In this document: positions 1 through 11,639 of the stretch, piece by piece
Layout of the letters: each line of letters starts with the position of its first letter
Position numbering within the stretch: position 1 is the stretch's first letter
Source of the DNA: Spirochaetales bacterium
GTDB lineage: Bacteria > Spirochaetota > Spirochaetia > SZUA-6 > DRHE01
NCBI GenBank assembly: GCA_030615505.1
Contig: JAUWZD010000002.1
Location: 2,436 to 66,435, forward strand
Length of the DNA stretch: 64,000 nt
Direction of reading: 5' to 3'
Position numbers and translations under genes: made by a program
Notes under the pieces: generated by a model
Databases searched by the model: none
Told to the model about the DNA's origin: nothing
The model's input: only the letters and a program-made list of their open reading frames with translations

Positions 1-545
1 CCAATGTAGAAACCATATTTCAGGTGGGGAACACATCCCTGGCCATGGCCGGGGAACTGGTGACGGATATTAAAAAACTCGATGTGATGAGCAGCCTGGC
101 CGATAAGCTACGGCAAAGCCACTGCATGTTTGCATCTTCCAATACTTTTAAGAAAACCTATATTCTGGAGATTTCATACTGGACCGAAGGCATGCCGATC
201 TCTCTGTATAGAAGATTCCTCAAAAAGTATGGTTTTCCCGACCTGCAGCCGGCTGGCGGTACGCCTGAAATCATTCGCACAGTTAAGCGGGATATTGATG
301 ACCTCGGAAGAATGGGCCTCACCACCATTCCGGATATCGGGCGAAAGGTGCAAGTGGACATGGAAGGCTGCACAGCTTGCATGAATTGCGTGAAAGAATG
401 TCCTGAAAACGCCATCACCGTCATCGCAGAAGCTGATCCCGCAACGGTTGTGCTGGACCAATCCTTATGCAGCGGTGTGGCATGCAGGCGCTGTGAGAGA
501 TCTTGTCCTGAAAAGAGTTTTAAGCTCATCAGCTTTTTTTTGTGA
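1..545 (+). CDS. 4Fe-4S dicluster ferredoxin-domain protein. It is probably 5'-partial, because the frame is open to the window start and the track start at 24 is a GTG.
   Basis: Two CxxCxxCxxxCP motifs (CTACMNCVKECP and CSGVACRRCERSCP). No in-frame stop between nt 3 and 24. Confidence 0.5.
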   Translation, partial: NVETIFQVGNTSLAMAGELVTDIKKLDVMSSLADKLRQSHCMFASSNTFKKTYILEISYWTEGMPISLYRRFLKKYGFPDLQPAGGTPEIIRTVKRDIDDLGRMGLTTIPDIGRKVQVDMEGCTACMNCVKECPENAITVIAEADPATVVLDQSLCSGVACRRCERSCPEKSFKLISFFL

Positions 546-563
546 AGTAAACGGGGAATCACC

Positions 564-1352
564 ATGGGGAATCACCATATGGGAGTACTCGGTATTCTTA
601 CCTGCGAAATATTGGAACTCGAATTTGCCCATCTGCTTGTTACAGATAACGAACTGTCCCGGATTACAATTCTGGAAGATATCCGATCCTTCCGCTTGAT
701 CGAGGCGCTGGAATCAAAAAAGGTCAAGAAATTAAGACGAATCCCTCATATTAATAGTTTTTCTCCTGATCATTCAGAGCAGCCGGAGGTGCTTGTACGC
801 GTATTGGAACTGGCGCTTCACCGAACAAGGAAAAGATTGCAGGAAGGATTGGTCAATGCGGCCCGCGAGATGAGTCACCATGTGGATGCATTGCTTCTCG
901 GGTATGGTTTGTGCGGTAACGCACTTGAAAACCCGGGCGAGCTGCTTGATGTTGACCTGCCCGTCTTTATCCCCATGGACAGGGATCATCCTGTGGATGA
1001 CTGTGTCGGTCTGCTCCTCGGGGGACGGGACTGTTACTATGCGGAACAATGCAAAACCCCCGGAACATTTTTTATGATACCGGGATGGACGTACCATTGG
1101 AAGACAATATTCGGCCGAGACTGCAGCGATATGGATCCGGACATGGCAAAGCTCCTGTTGGCCAATTACGAGCGATCTCTTCTGGTTTTAACGCCTGTGG
1201 TGTCCAAAGATGAAATGAAAAAAAATGTGGAAGAATTCAACAAACTGTTTGGCTTACGGAGCGAAGCGCGTGAAGGAACGATGGAAATTTTAAATGAAAC
1301 CTGGAAAGACGCCAAAGCGTTTCTGAAGACTAAAATGGGGAATAGATTATGA
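564..1352 (+). CDS. Hypothetical protein, tentatively DUF1638-like.
   Basis: 262-aa ORF. The N-terminal [14 protein letters not shown] motif resembles DUF1638 (tentative, from memory). Its 3' end overlaps the start of the next gene by 4 nt. Confidence 0.4.
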   Translation: MGNHHMGVLGILTCEILELEFAHLLVTDNELSRITILEDIRSFRLIEALESKKVKKLRRIPHINSFSPDHSEQPEVLVRVLELALHRTRKRLQEGLVNAAREMSHHVDALLLGYGLCGNALENPGELLDVDLPVFIPMDRDHPVDDCVGLLLGGRDCYYAEQCKTPGTFFMIPGWTYHWKTIFGRDCSDMDPDMAKLLLANYERSLLVLTPVVSKDEMKKNVEEFNKLFGLRSEAREGTMEILNETWKDAKAFLKTKMGNRL

Positions 1353-4300
1353 AAATATCGAAACAGGGCCTGGCATCGCTGCAATGTATTCATGAGGGCG
1401 CCAATTCCCTCATTTACCGTCAGGACACAAGCGAGTACGGGAAACCAGTCATTATTAAACTCCTGAAACACGACTATCCTACATCTGAGCAGATTGTTCT
1501 GTTCAGCAATGAGTACGAATTAACGAAAGACCTCAGCATCCCGGGAATTCGCAAAGCATACGACACAGGCAGGATTGATGGCACACCTGCCCTCGTGTTG
1601 GACTATGTTGAAGGTGAGACCATCCGGGAAGCATTTGTTAAGCAGCGCAAGGGCCTGGCAGAGATGCTCACGGTAACAATCTCAATCGCGCAGGCATTGG
1701 GGGAAATCCATTACCACAACATCATTCACAAAGACATCAATAGCCGTAACATTCTGGTCAATCTCGAACAGCAGACAGCCACTATTATTGATTTCGGCAT
1801 GGCGTCGCAGGTCGATCTCAAGACCCGCTATATAGGGGATTTTGAAGTGTTGGGAGGGACTCTTCACTATATGTCGCCCGAGCAGACCGGCAGAATGAAT
1901 CGGTTTATCGATTATCGCACCGACCTCTATTCTCTGGGCGTTGTACTGTACGAGATGCTCACAGGGAAATTACCGTTTGACACAACTGATGTGTCGGAGC
2001 TCGTCCATTGCCACATTGCCAGACGTCCGACCCCGCTGTGCGAGATCAACTCCGACATCCCCCAGGCGATCTCGGACATTGCGATGAAACTGCTGGCAAA
2101 GAATGCTGAAGACCGCTATCAGTCTGCGTATGGCTTAAAGGCAGATTTAGAGAACTGCCTGAATCAATTAAGAAAAACAGGCACGATCGAAGGCTTTGAA
2201 TTAGCAAAAGAGGATTTTTCAGGGAGATTTCAGATTCCTCAGAAACTGTATGGCAGAGAACAGGAAATTCAAACCCTGATACAGGCATTTGAATGGGTGA
2301 ATAGAGGCACAAGTGAAATTCTTTTGGTATCGGGCTATCCAGGTGTGGGGAAATCTTCAATAGTCATGGAAATTCAAAAAATTGTCACGGAAAAGCAGGG
2401 ATGTTTCATCTCGGGGAAGCACGATCAATATCAGCAGAATACCCCCTATTATGGCTTGATTCAGGCGTTTACCGATCTTGTCAACATGATGCTGACGGAA
2501 AGTGACGAGCGATTTGCCCAATGGAAAGCAAAGATCGTGAAGGCGGTCGGGGAAAACGGACAGTTGTTGATTGAGGTGATTCCAAGTTTAGAATTGATTA
2601 TCGGCAGGCAGCCGCCTGTTCAGGAACTGGACCCCACAAAGGCACAACATCGCTTTCATTATGTGTTTCAAAACTTTGTTAAAGCCATTTCTCAAAAAGA
2701 ACATCCGCTGGTGTTATTTATCGATAATTTACAGTGGGCGGATGTTGCCTCTTTAGATTTCTTGAAATTGTTGATGAGCGGCGTAGAAAATCAGTATTTA
2801 TTGTTCATAGGCGCATATCGGGATAATGAGGTCGGGAAATCCCATCCGTTAATGATGACGGTCGAAGATATGAAAAAGAAAAAGGCTATTATCAACACGA
2901 TTCATTTGGCAAATCTTTCTCATGACACACTGAACCTTTTGATCTCGGACACTTTACAATGCGAACCGTCTTATGCGCAATCATTATCGGAACTGGTATA
3001 TGAAAAAACAGGTGGGAATACATTTTTTGCTATTGAATTTTTGAAATCGTTATATGAGGAAGGCTTGCTGACCTTTCATTTTGATATGCATAGATGGAAA
3101 TGGGATATTACTCAAATTCGGGAAAAGAATATTCCAGACGATGTGGCCGTGTTAATGATCCATAAAATCGAAAAATTACCTGAGGACACTCGAAAAATAC
3201 TGACACTGGCCGCATGTATAGGGCACAGGTTTGATCTGAAAATGCTGGCCGCCATTGCGGAACAATCGCTAAAAGATACATTTGACAATCTATGGAAGGC
3301 CGTTGAAGAGGGATTGGTACTGCCTTTGGATGATAATTATAAAATAATGGCGGCGCTTCCGAATGGACAACAATCGGGAGTAAAAAGCCATTTCGAATTT
3401 TTGCATAACAGAACCCGACAAACCTTCTATGCGCTGATTCGCAAAAAACAGAGAAAAACGATTTCTCTTACGATTGGGAGATTATGCTTACAGGATACGG
3501 AAGAGACTGATTTGGAAGAAAACATATTTGATATTGTGAATCAGTTCAATGAGGGGTTTCAATACATCAAAGATGAACAGGAGAAACTCAAGTTAGCAGA
3601 ATTAAATCTCATAGCCGGACGCAAAGCGAAGAACGCAACGGCATATAAGACGGCTATCTGGTATTTAAGTATGGGGATAGGACTGCTGCCGCCAAGAGAT
3701 AAATGGGAGGCTCAATATGACCTGGCGCTCAGCCTGTATATGGAAGCCGTGGAAGCCGAATACTTAATGACTACCTTTGAACGGGCGGAACTACTCTCCA
3801 AAGAAGTTCTCCAACATGCCAGAGGTCTCCTGGAGAAAATCAAAATTTATGATCTCCAGATCTTGTTTTACACAGCCCAAAACAAAAATGACAAAGCCAT
3901 AGAGTCTGCGCTGGAAGCCCTGGAGATGCTGGACGTCTCTCTGCCCACCGAACCGGAGGAGATAAATGTTTATGCTGAAAAGTTGCAGGAAGAATTGTCT
4001 GAAAAAGTCGACCGGATCGATGATTTAGCCGACTTGCCGGTAATGAAGGAGCCGTATCAATTGGCAGCGATGCGGATCTTGATGAATATGGCTGCTCCGG
4101 CTCATCAGGCGAATCCCGGATTGTTGCCGGCGATTATCTTCAAAATGGTTCTCATGTCCGTCAAATATGGGAATTCGCCCCTGGCAGCTTTTGCCTATGG
4201 TTGGTATGCCGCATTTTTATGCGGAGCATACGGTGACATCGAGAAGGGGCATCAGTTTGGACAACTGTCGGTGAAAGTGCTGGAGCAGTTTAACGCCACA

Positions 4301-7300
4301 GAACTCAAAGCTAAAGTTATCTTTCTGTTTAACGTTTCTGTAAGACACTGGAAAGAACATGCCGGCGAAACGATAAAACCTTTGCAGAAAGTACATCAAA
4401 GTGGGGTTGAAACAGGAGATTTGGAGTATGGGTATTATGGGGCTGCCCACTATTGCGGCTATTTGTTTTGTATCGGAGAATCCCTGGAACTTATTCGTCA
4501 GAAGCAGGCGGAATATCTGGAGACAACAAAAAGGTTTCGACTGGAGTTTCATAGTTATTTCATCAAGATATGGGCACAAATGGTTTTGAATCTCCTGGGC
4601 AGGTCCGCGGACCCGTGCCGGTTGACAGGGGAACTGCTTGATGAATCGGAAATGCTGCCGGTTTGGATAGAGCAAAACAATCTTACCCTGGTTTTTTGCG
4701 CTTCTTGCTGCCGGACAATCTTGCTGTACTTGTTTAAAAACTATGCTGAGGCGATCGAATCGGCCCGTTTGGGGGAAGAATACGAAAAAGGCGGAGAAGG
4801 ATTTATTTATCTTCCTGAGCACAAGTTTTACTATGCCCTGGCGCTTTTGGCTCACTATCCCGAGGTCGAACCCGGGACGAAGAAACAATATCTGGATATA
4901 GTGGCCTCGATTCAAGAAAAAATGAAACAATGGGCATGCCATGCCCCCATGAATTTTCAGCATAAATACGACCTGATCGAGGCAGAGAGAGGCCGGATAT
5001 CAGGTGAAACCCTCAAAGCAATGGAACATTACGGCCGGGCTATAAAAGGCGCCCGGGAACATGAATATATTCAGGAAGAGGCACTGGCGTATGAACGCGA
5101 AGCAGAGTTTTATCTTGCTTTGGGCAGAGAGGAATTTGCCCAGCTCTGCATAACCAAAGCCCTGGATGGCTACCGACTTTGGGGCGCAACACGCAAAGTT
5201 GACGATTTGGAAGCACAGTACAGGCATCTAATGCTGACAACTCTCACCCCGACCATGACTATACCAGAAAGTAAAGGAATGAGTTCCACTTCCACATCCG
5301 GAGTATCCGCTTCATTAGATACGGCAGCCATTATAAAAGCATCCCACATGCTCTCCCAGGAAATCCATTTGGAACGACTGCTTGACAAAATGATACACAT
5401 CGTCATTGAAAGTGCAGGCGCGGAAAAAGGCATTTTGATTGAGAACAGGAACTACAGGCTGATAATACAGGCAAAAGGCAAAGTCGGGCAGGAACAGGTC
5501 GAAACGATGCAGGAAATCCCCATCGAACAGAGCGGAGAAATTCCCCTCTCAGTTGTAAATTACGTAGCACGAACGCAAACGCCTGTCGTTTTGAATGATG
5601 CCTGTCATGACAACTCCTACGCCGCCGACAGATACATCCTAATCCATCAACCCAAATCGCTGCTGTGTCTGCCGATTGTCCATCAGGGAAAACTCTCAGC
5701 GCTGTTGTATTTGGAGAACAATCTGACAACAGACGCCTTTACTCCGGATCGTTTGGAATTATTGAGGACACTGTCCTCACAGGCAGCAATTTCAATAGTT
5801 AATGCCGACCTTTATGTCAGGTTGGAGGAAAAAATCAGGGCGCACAGGAAGGCTGAAAAGGAGTTAAAAAAGCACCGGGATCGCCTTGAAGAACTGGTGA
5901 AAGCGCGTACAAGAAATCTTGAAGCTGCCAACAAAGAACTCAATAAGGCCAAAGAAGAGGCCGAAACCGCCACCCAGGCAAAGAGCGAATTCCTGGCCAG
6001 CATGAGCCATGAGCTGCGTACCCCTCTCAATGCCATTATCGGCTTTTCGGAAATCCTCGGGGAAAAAACTTTTGGCGAACTGAATGAGAAACAGGCAAAA
6101 TACGTCAACCATGTCCTCACAAGCGGCCGCCACCTGCTCCAACTGATCAGCGACATCCTGGATCTTTCCAAGGTGGAAGCGGGCAAGATGGAACTTGAAC
6201 CATCCAGGGTGAACATAAAGGGTCTTCTTGAAAACAGTCTCGTCATGATCAAGGAAAAGGCTATGAAGCATAGCCTCAGGCTCGACCTGCACATCTCTGA
6301 GGAGCTAATGGATCTCGAGATATCGGTAGATGAGCGTAAACTCAAGCAGATTATGTTCAACCTGCTTTCCAATGCTGCCAAGTTCACCCCTGACGGCGGA
6401 GAAATCCACATCACTGCCCAATCAACAATCAACAATCATCAATCATCAATCCAGATCAGCGTAGCCGATACCGGCATCGGCATCAAACCCGAAGATCAGG
6501 AACGAATCTTTGGCGAGTTCGAGCAGGCGGACTCAACCTATGCCCGCGAGCAGGAAGGGACCGGCCTGGGCCTGGCGCTGACCCGCAAACTGGTCGAGCT
6601 GCACGGCGGTGGCATTTGGGTGGAAAGTAAAGGCGAGGGCAAAGGCAGCACCTTCACCTTTGTGATTCCTATTGAGGCTTTGGAGCGGGAGGGCGAGGTC
6701 TCCATCGAGCCGGAAGAACCTTTACCTTCCCGACCAGACGTGGACGATTCCCGGCCCCTGGTCCTGGTGGTGGAAGACGACCGCCAGGCGAGTGAGCTGA
6801 TCAGTCTTTATCTATCCGAAGCAGGCTATAGGGTGGCCCACGCCTTTGATGGGGAGCAGGCGATTAAAATAGCGCGGGAACTGAGACCTTATGCGATCAC
6901 CCTGGACATTATTCTGCCGAAGAAAGACGGCTGGGAGGTGCTGGCAGAGCTGAAATCCCTGCCTGAGGTGAAAGATATCCCTGTAGTCATCGTGTCAACA
7001 GTAGAAAAGCGACCGTTTGGCCTCAATTTGGGGGCCGTTGAATACTTTGTTAAGCCAGTGAACAAGGAGCAGTTAATCGAGGCCGTGCGCAAGATCGGGG
7101 CCGTGACTGTGGTTGTGGTTGACGACGAGCCCCAGACCGTTGAACTGTTGACCGACATGCTCCAGGCCGAGGGATTCACTGTGCTTCAGGCATATGGTGG
7201 TCAACAGGGCGTAGATCTTGCCATTGAGAAGCACCCCGACCTCATTATTGTTGACCTGATGATGCCTGAGGTGAGCGGGTTCGACGTGGTGGAGCAATTG

Positions 7301-7486
7301 CGGGCGCACCCTGAAGTTATGGAGATTCCGATCATGATTTACACCTCCAAAGATCTCACCGCAGAGGATCGACAACGGCTCAACAGTCACGTACAGGCGA
7401 TCGCCTCCAAGTCGGCTTCGGGCAAGAAGGACTTACTTCGGGCGCTTGAGAGGCTGGGAAAGAGGAAGGGCGGAAAATCAAATTGA
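1349..7486 (+). CDS. Giant multidomain signalling protein: Ser/Thr protein kinase, P-loop NTPase (AAA/NB-ARC-like) with a helical repeat region, GAF, coiled coil, HisKA, HATPase_c and two REC domains.
   Basis: Kinase motifs [16 protein letters not shown] and HYMSPEQ. Walker A motif [12 protein letters not shown]-like block around aa 1300–1460. H-box [18 protein letters not shown]. HATPase N/G boxes ([24 protein letters not shown]). Two receiver domains with [11 protein letters not shown] and [11 protein letters not shown]. Confidence 0.85.
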   Translation: MKISKQGLASLQCIHEGANSLIYRQDTSEYGKPVIIKLLKHDYPTSEQIVLFSNEYELTKDLSIPGIRKAYDTGRIDGTPALVLDYVEGETIREAFVKQRKGLAEMLTVTISIAQALGEIHYHNIIHKDINSRNILVNLEQQTATIIDFGMASQVDLKTRYIGDFEVLGGTLHYMSPEQTGRMNRFIDYRTDLYSLGVVLYEMLTGKLPFDTTDVSELVHCHIARRPTPLCEINSDIPQAISDIAMKLLAKNAEDRYQSAYGLKADLENCLNQLRKTGTIEGFELAKEDFSGRFQIPQKLYGREQEIQTLIQAFEWVNRGTSEILLVSGYPGVGKSSIVMEIQKIVTEKQGCFISGKHDQYQQNTPYYGLIQAFTDLVNMMLTESDERFAQWKAKIVKAVGENGQLLIEVIPSLELIIGRQPPVQELDPTKAQHRFHYVFQNFVKAISQKEHPLVLFIDNLQWADVASLDFLKLLMSGVENQYLLFIGAYRDNEVGKSHPLMMTVEDMKKKKAIINTIHLANLSHDTLNLLISDTLQCEPSYAQSLSELVYEKTGGNTFFAIEFLKSLYEEGLLTFHFDMHRWKWDITQIREKNIPDDVAVLMIHKIEKLPEDTRKILTLAACIGHRFDLKMLAAIAEQSLKDTFDNLWKAVEEGLVLPLDDNYKIMAALPNGQQSGVKSHFEFLHNRTRQTFYALIRKKQRKTISLTIGRLCLQDTEETDLEENIFDIVNQFNEGFQYIKDEQEKLKLAELNLIAGRKAKNATAYKTAIWYLSMGIGLLPPRDKWEAQYDLALSLYMEAVEAEYLMTTFERAELLSKEVLQHARGLLEKIKIYDLQILFYTAQNKNDKAIESALEALEMLDVSLPTEPEEINVYAEKLQEELSEKVDRIDDLADLPVMKEPYQLAAMRILMNMAAPAHQANPGLLPAIIFKMVLMSVKYGNSPLAAFAYGWYAAFLCGAYGDIEKGHQFGQLSVKVLEQFNATELKAKVIFLFNVSVRHWKEHAGETIKPLQKVHQSGVETGDLEYGYYGAAHYCGYLFCIGESLELIRQKQAEYLETTKRFRLEFHSYFIKIWAQMVLNLLGRSADPCRLTGELLDESEMLPVWIEQNNLTLVFCASCCRTILLYLFKNYAEAIESARLGEEYEKGGEGFIYLPEHKFYYALALLAHYPEVEPGTKKQYLDIVASIQEKMKQWACHAPMNFQHKYDLIEAERGRISGETLKAMEHYGRAIKGAREHEYIQEEALAYEREAEFYLALGREEFAQLCITKALDGYRLWGATRKVDDLEAQYRHLMLTTLTPTMTIPESKGMSSTSTSGVSASLDTAAIIKASHMLSQEIHLERLLDKMIHIVIESAGAEKGILIENRNYRLIIQAKGKVGQEQVETMQEIPIEQSGEIPLSVVNYVARTQTPVVLNDACHDNSYAADRYILIHQPKSLLCLPIVHQGKLSALLYLENNLTTDAFTPDRLELLRTLSSQAAISIVNADLYVRLEEKIRAHRKAEKELKKHRDRLEELVKARTRNLEAANKELNKAKEEAETATQAKSEFLASMSHELRTPLNAIIGFSEILGEKTFGELNEKQAKYVNHVLTSGRHLLQLISDILDLSKVEAGKMELEPSRVNIKGLLENSLVMIKEKAMKHSLRLDLHISEELMDLEISVDERKLKQIMFNLLSNAAKFTPDGGEIHITAQSTINNHQSSIQISVADTGIGIKPEDQERIFGEFEQADSTYAREQEGTGLGLALTRKLVELHGGGIWVESKGEGKGSTFTFVIPIEALEREGEVSIEPEEPLPSRPDVDDSRPLVLVVEDDRQASELISLYLSEAGYRVAHAFDGEQAIKIARELRPYAITLDIILPKKDGWEVLAELKSLPEVKDIPVVIVSTVEKRPFGLNLGAVEYFVKPVNKEQLIEAVRKIGAVTVVVVDDEPQTVELLTDMLQAEGFTVLQAYGGQQGVDLAIEKHPDLIIVDLMMPEVSGFDVVEQLRAHPEVMEIPIMIYTSKDLTAEDRQRLNSHVQAIASKSASGKKDLLRALERLGKRKGGKSN
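6419..6453 (+). repeat. Heptanucleotide tandem repeat, in frame inside the HATPase domain: CAATCAA x2, CAATCAT x2, CAATCCA.
   Basis: Read directly from the sequence. It encodes the [11 protein letters not shown] linker between the N and G1 boxes. Confidence 0.6.
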
Positions 7487-7498
7487 CGAGGTTGTGAA

Positions 7499-7882
7499 AT
7501 GGCAAGCGAAAAGATACTGATCGTCGAGGACAATCCCATGAACATGGAACTGGCAACGGACCTGCTGGAAGCGGCAGGTTACGTCGTCATCCAGGCCGGG
7601 ACGGCTAAGGAGTGTATAGAGCTGGCGAGAGCCGAATTCCCCGACCTCATTCTCATGGACATCGGCCTGCCGGGCATGGACGGACTGGAGGCAACCGGGG
7701 TTCTGAAACAAGACCCTGCGACAAAAGATATTCCCGTCATTGCCCTGACGGCTCACGTGATGAAGGGAGATGAAGAAAGAGCGCTGGCGGCCGGCTGTGC
7801 CGGCTACATCACGAAGCCCATCGACACGAGTGAATTTCCCAAGGCGGTGGCTCGGTTCATTGAGTCTGCCGGGGTTCCATAA
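7499..7882 (+). CDS. Single-domain response regulator (CheY-like receiver).
   Basis: ILIVEDNPMNMEL, DLILMDIGLPGMDGLEA and ITKPID motifs. Confidence 0.85.
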   Translation: MASEKILIVEDNPMNMELATDLLEAAGYVVIQAGTAKECIELARAEFPDLILMDIGLPGMDGLEATGVLKQDPATKDIPVIALTAHVMKGDEERALAAGCAGYITKPIDTSEFPKAVARFIESAGVP

Positions 7883-7898
7883 AAGGAGGCACGTATTA

Positions 7899-10310
7899 AT
7901 GAAAATCCTTATTGTAGATGACATAAAAGCGAACCTCGAGCTGCTGGAAGCCAGGCTGGAGGGGAGCGGCTACGAAGTTGCATCTGCCAGGAACGGGGCA
8001 GAGGCACTGGAGAGCTTAAAAAGGGACTCCATTGACATGATCATCTCTGACATCCTCATGCCCAAGATGGACGGCTACCAGCTGTGCAGGGAGTGTAAGA
8101 GAGACGACACGCTAAGAAATATACCTTTCGTATTCTACACCGCTAATTACACAAACAAGAAGGACGAGGAGTTTGCTTTGAGCCTGGGTGCTGAGAGATT
8201 TATTGTGAAGCCAATGGAACATAAGCGCTTTATGGAGACAATCGAGGATACATTAAAGAATCACAAAAAAGGCCTCATGCCCTCTCCTGAAATGCCGGTA
8301 GAAAAAGAAGAGGCTGACTTCTTGAAGGAGCATAGCGAGCGGCTGATCAAGAAACTTGATCAGAAGGTATTCCAACTGGAGGAGACCGAAAGGACACTTC
8401 AGAATCGTACGTATGATCTTAAAGAGCGGGTCAAGGAGCTTGATTGCCTCTATAGTATTTCTAAACTTGCTGAGGAGGAGGGCATTTCGTTAGAGAAGAT
8501 AACTCAAGGGGTTGTTAATCTCATTCCCCCAGCATGGCAGTATCCGGAGATCACTTGTGCACGAGCAATTTTAGAGGGCCAAGAATTCAGAACGGGAAAT
8601 TTCAAAGAAACCGTCTGGAAGCAGGCAAGCGACATCAAAGTTCATGGCAAGTGGATCGGAACTGTGGAGGTCTATTACCTAGAAGAAAAGCCAGAAATAG
8701 ATGAGGGGCCTTTTCTGAAAGAGGAAAAAGCACTGATCATCGACATTGCCGAGCGATTGGGGAGAATTATCGAGCGAAAGCGGGCGGAGGAGTTGTTGAG
8801 GGAAAGCGAGGAAAAGTTCAGGGAGTTGTTCGATGGCAGCACCGACGCCATTTTTATCGCCAACCCCGAGACGAGGAAGTTGGTTGACTGCAACAAACAG
8901 GCCCAAAAGATCACCGGGTACTCAAGAGAAGAAATCCTTTCTATGAGAGCAGACCAGCTCCATCCCAAAGACAAGGTCAAAAAGACGATGGAAGGCTTCA
9001 AGAAACATGTCGCTGGCGAGTTTTTATTTGTCGAATCAGAAGTCCTGACCAAGGACAAGAAAAGAGTCCCGGTCAGCATCAGTTACTCTCTACTCGAAAT
9101 CGCCAGCGAGAAATATCTCCAGTGCATTTTCAGGGACATTACCGAGAGTAAGCAGGCAGAGCAAAAAATACAGGAATACTCTCAAAACTTGGAACGTATG
9201 GTGGAAGAGAGAACCAAAGAACTTAACCGAGCCCTTTATGACACAGAAGCGGCACGGGACAGGATAGATGGTATCCTCAAGTCTATTGGTGACGGCCTGA
9301 TCGTCACCGATATGTATAACAGGATTATTTTGATGAACCTTGCTGCTGAAGATCTGCTGCGTGTACGCTTTAGTGAGGCGATTGATCGATCCATCGATTT
9401 TACCATCAAGGATAAAACCCTTAGGGATCGAATCAAAACAACCCTGGATAAAAAGAAGGGAGGATATGAGTTTGATTTTGAACTGCCGGGAGAGGATACC
9501 AAGCATCCCCGTATTATGCGTGCCAGGACATCGGTGATTGATGATAAGACCGGTAAGCATACCGGTAGTATAACCATTATCCATGATGTGTCCTACGAGC
9601 GCGAGGTGGACAGAATGAAGACAGAGTTCCTCTCAACAGTAGCCCATGAATTAAGAACCCCTCTCACCTCCATCCAGGGTTTCTCAGAGATTCTCTTAAC
9701 GCGGGATGGTATCAAAGAGGAAGAGAAAGAAGAGTGTCTCTCCTACATCAACAAACAATCGGTAAATCTGGCCACTCTTATCAACGATCTTTTGGATATC
9801 TCCCGTATTGAATCCGGTAAGGTATTTACTCTGAACAAGACTCCCTGCAATATTGCCGATATCATCAAATACACAATTCCCTATTTTCAGACACTGTCTC
9901 CAAAACACAGCTTTGAGGTGGTCTTGCCAGAAGAATCCGTGGAATTGATGGTGGATAAGGAAAAGATGGGGCAGGTGTTAGAGAACCTTCTGAGCAATGC
10001 GGTAAAGTATTCTCCCGAAGGCGGCTCTATTTCCGTGTCGGCAAAAAGGATTGAGGAATTGGAAGGAGACGAAAAACAATCCGCAATCGAGATCAGCGTA
10101 GCTGATACGGGCATGGGGATGAGCCCTGAGCAGGTGGAGAAGATATTTGATAAATTCTACCGTGCAGATGCCTCCAACACTGCCATTCCAGGTACTGGTC
10201 TGGGCATGAACATTGTCCAGTGCATTGTGGAGACCCATGGGGGCAAGGTTTGGGTGGGGAGTGAGCTGGGGAAAGGAACAACGGTTAAATTTACAATACC
10301 AACAAAATGA
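7899..10310 (+). CDS. Hybrid sensor histidine kinase (REC, coiled coil, GAF/PAS-like, PAS, HisKA, HATPase_c).
   Basis: Start chosen at ATG 7899, which has an AAAGGAGG SD, rather than the upstream 7770 start that overlaps the preceding gene. REC (MIISDILMPKMDGYQ), PAS (FDGSTDAIFIANPETRKLVDCN), H-box VAHELRTPLTSIQGFSEILL, and HATPase (DTGMGMSPEQ, GTGLGMNIV). Confidence 0.85.
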   Translation: MKILIVDDIKANLELLEARLEGSGYEVASARNGAEALESLKRDSIDMIISDILMPKMDGYQLCRECKRDDTLRNIPFVFYTANYTNKKDEEFALSLGAERFIVKPMEHKRFMETIEDTLKNHKKGLMPSPEMPVEKEEADFLKEHSERLIKKLDQKVFQLEETERTLQNRTYDLKERVKELDCLYSISKLAEEEGISLEKITQGVVNLIPPAWQYPEITCARAILEGQEFRTGNFKETVWKQASDIKVHGKWIGTVEVYYLEEKPEIDEGPFLKEEKALIIDIAERLGRIIERKRAEELLRESEEKFRELFDGSTDAIFIANPETRKLVDCNKQAQKITGYSREEILSMRADQLHPKDKVKKTMEGFKKHVAGEFLFVESEVLTKDKKRVPVSISYSLLEIASEKYLQCIFRDITESKQAEQKIQEYSQNLERMVEERTKELNRALYDTEAARDRIDGILKSIGDGLIVTDMYNRIILMNLAAEDLLRVRFSEAIDRSIDFTIKDKTLRDRIKTTLDKKKGGYEFDFELPGEDTKHPRIMRARTSVIDDKTGKHTGSITIIHDVSYEREVDRMKTEFLSTVAHELRTPLTSIQGFSEILLTRDGIKEEEKEECLSYINKQSVNLATLINDLLDISRIESGKVFTLNKTPCNIADIIKYTIPYFQTLSPKHSFEVVLPEESVELMVDKEKMGQVLENLLSNAVKYSPEGGSISVSAKRIEELEGDEKQSAIEISVADTGMGMSPEQVEKIFDKFYRADASNTAIPGTGLGMNIVQCIVETHGGKVWVGSELGKGTTVKFTIPTK

Positions 10311-10386
10311 TTTTGGATTGCAGGTTATGGATCACATCGCAAATCTAATATCTGAGAGATAGAAATGAAAAGGAGGAATCGTAAGG

Positions 10387-10752
10387 ATGAAAAAGATTCT
10401 CGTAGTAGATGACCAGCCAGAGGTTAGGAAGCTGGTGGAGATGACCCTCAAGGTTGAGGATTACCAGGTTCTCCAGGCTAAAAGCGGGGAGGAAGCCGTT
10501 GAGATTGGTAAGGCGGAAAAACCTGACCTGATCATCATGGACATCATGATGCCAGGTGATATACATGGACTTGAGGCCACCCGTATTCTAAAAGATGACC
10601 CGGAAACCAAAGAATGCACTATCATTATGTTGACAGCCAAAGGCCAGGAGGCTGACAAGGAAGAGGGGTTTAAAGCAGGAGCAGATGACTATTTTACTAA
10701 ACCCTTCAGCCCTTTGGAATTGATAAGGAAGGTGGAAGAGGTTCTGGAGTAG
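10387..10752 (+). CDS. Single-domain response regulator (CheY-like receiver).
   Basis: KILVVDDQPEVRKL, DLIIMDIMMPGDIHGLEA and FTKPFSPLEL motifs. Confidence 0.85.
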   Translation: MKKILVVDDQPEVRKLVEMTLKVEDYQVLQAKSGEEAVEIGKAEKPDLIIMDIMMPGDIHGLEATRILKDDPETKECTIIMLTAKGQEADKEEGFKAGADDYFTKPFSPLELIRKVEEVLE

Positions 10753-10793
10753 TTGAAACTCGAAACTTGATACTGGAAATTGCGATGTATACT

Positions 10794-10820
10794 ATCGAGC
10801 ATCGAGCATCAAGCATCCAA
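10794..10820 (+). repeat. Heptanucleotide tandem repeat (ATCGAGC x2, ATCAAGC, ATCCAA) in the leader of the HD-GYP gene.
   Basis: Read directly. It lies between the REC stop (10752) and the best start of the HD-GYP gene (ATG 10839, SD GGGGAG). Confidence 0.6.
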
Positions 10821-10838
10821 TATCCAGGGGAGATTTTC

Positions 10839-11639
10839 ATGGAAATAAATGACTTTCCGAAAGATTCTTCTAATTCGAATCAATTAGAAAAATATGCAAA
10901 GGATCTCGCCGAAGTTTGCAAATCTGAAAAGGAAAAAAGAAAAGAGCTTGAAGCTGCAAATCAGCAACTTGTGAAATATGCCGATGACCTGAACAAGACC
11001 ATCTTAGAACTAAAGGGCAGCCAACAAGAACTACAGAAAGCCTACCTTGACACTATTCACCGTCTTGTGCTTGCGGCTGAATATAAAGATGAAGACACGG
11101 GCGACCATATCATGCGCATGAGTCGTTACAGTGCCTTGATTGCTGAAAAACTTGGTCTGTCGGCCAACGAGGTTCAAAATATACTCTATGCTGCCTCCAT
11201 GCATGATGTGGGAAAAATCGGCATACCGGATAGCATTTTAATGAAGCCGGGCAAATTGACAGACGAAGAATTCGGAACCATGAAAACCCATAGCGTAATA
11301 GGGGCAAATATCCTGGCGTATTCAAAGGCTGAGATCCTCAAACTTGCAGAGCAGATAGCCATTTCCCATCATGAAAAATGGAATGGTAAGGGATATCCGC
11401 AGGGCCTTGGCGGTGATAATATTCCTCTCGCAGTCAGGATTGTTGGCCTGGCAGATGTCTTTGACGCTCTTACTTCCAAACGTCCTTACAAAGATCCTTT
11501 TCCTGTAGAAGTTGCGATCGATATTATTAAGAAAGAGCGTGGTGAACATTTTGACCCAGATGTGGTAGATGTTTTTTTGGAAAATATAGATGAAATCGTA
11601 AAAATCAAAGAAGAAGTGGATTCAACAGAAGTTGTGTAA
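10839..11639 (+). CDS. HD-GYP domain phosphodiesterase (c-di-GMP hydrolase family).
   Basis: HDVGKIGIPDSIL and HHEKWNGKGYPQGL motifs. An N-terminal coiled coil. The track start at 10767 is a TTG; ATG 10839 has a good SD. Confidence 0.8.
   Translation: MEINDFPKDSSNSNQLEKYAKDLAEVCKSEKEKRKELEAANQQLVKYADDLNKTILELKGSQQELQKAYLDTIHRLVLAAEYKDEDTGDHIMRMSRYSALIAEKLGLSANEVQNILYAASMHDVGKIGIPDSILMKPGKLTDEEFGTMKTHSVIGANILAYSKAEILKLAEQIAISHHEKWNGKGYPQGLGGDNIPLAVRIVGLADVFDALTSKRPYKDPFPVEVAIDIIKKERGEHFDPDVVDVFLENIDEIVKIKEEVDSTEVV

Noticed and set aside
1682-7390. Many antisense or alternate-frame ORFs (for example 4217..4963, 5812..6435, 7073..7390) inside the 6.1-kb kinase gene.
   Set aside because: They are fully embedded in a long, domain-rich ORF and have no SDs or recognisable motifs. 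These are typical shadow ORFs.
7770-7898. Upstream extension of the hybrid kinase ORF (MKKERWRP...).
   Set aside because: It overlaps the preceding receiver gene. ATG 7899 has a perfect AAAGGAGG SD and starts the REC domain.
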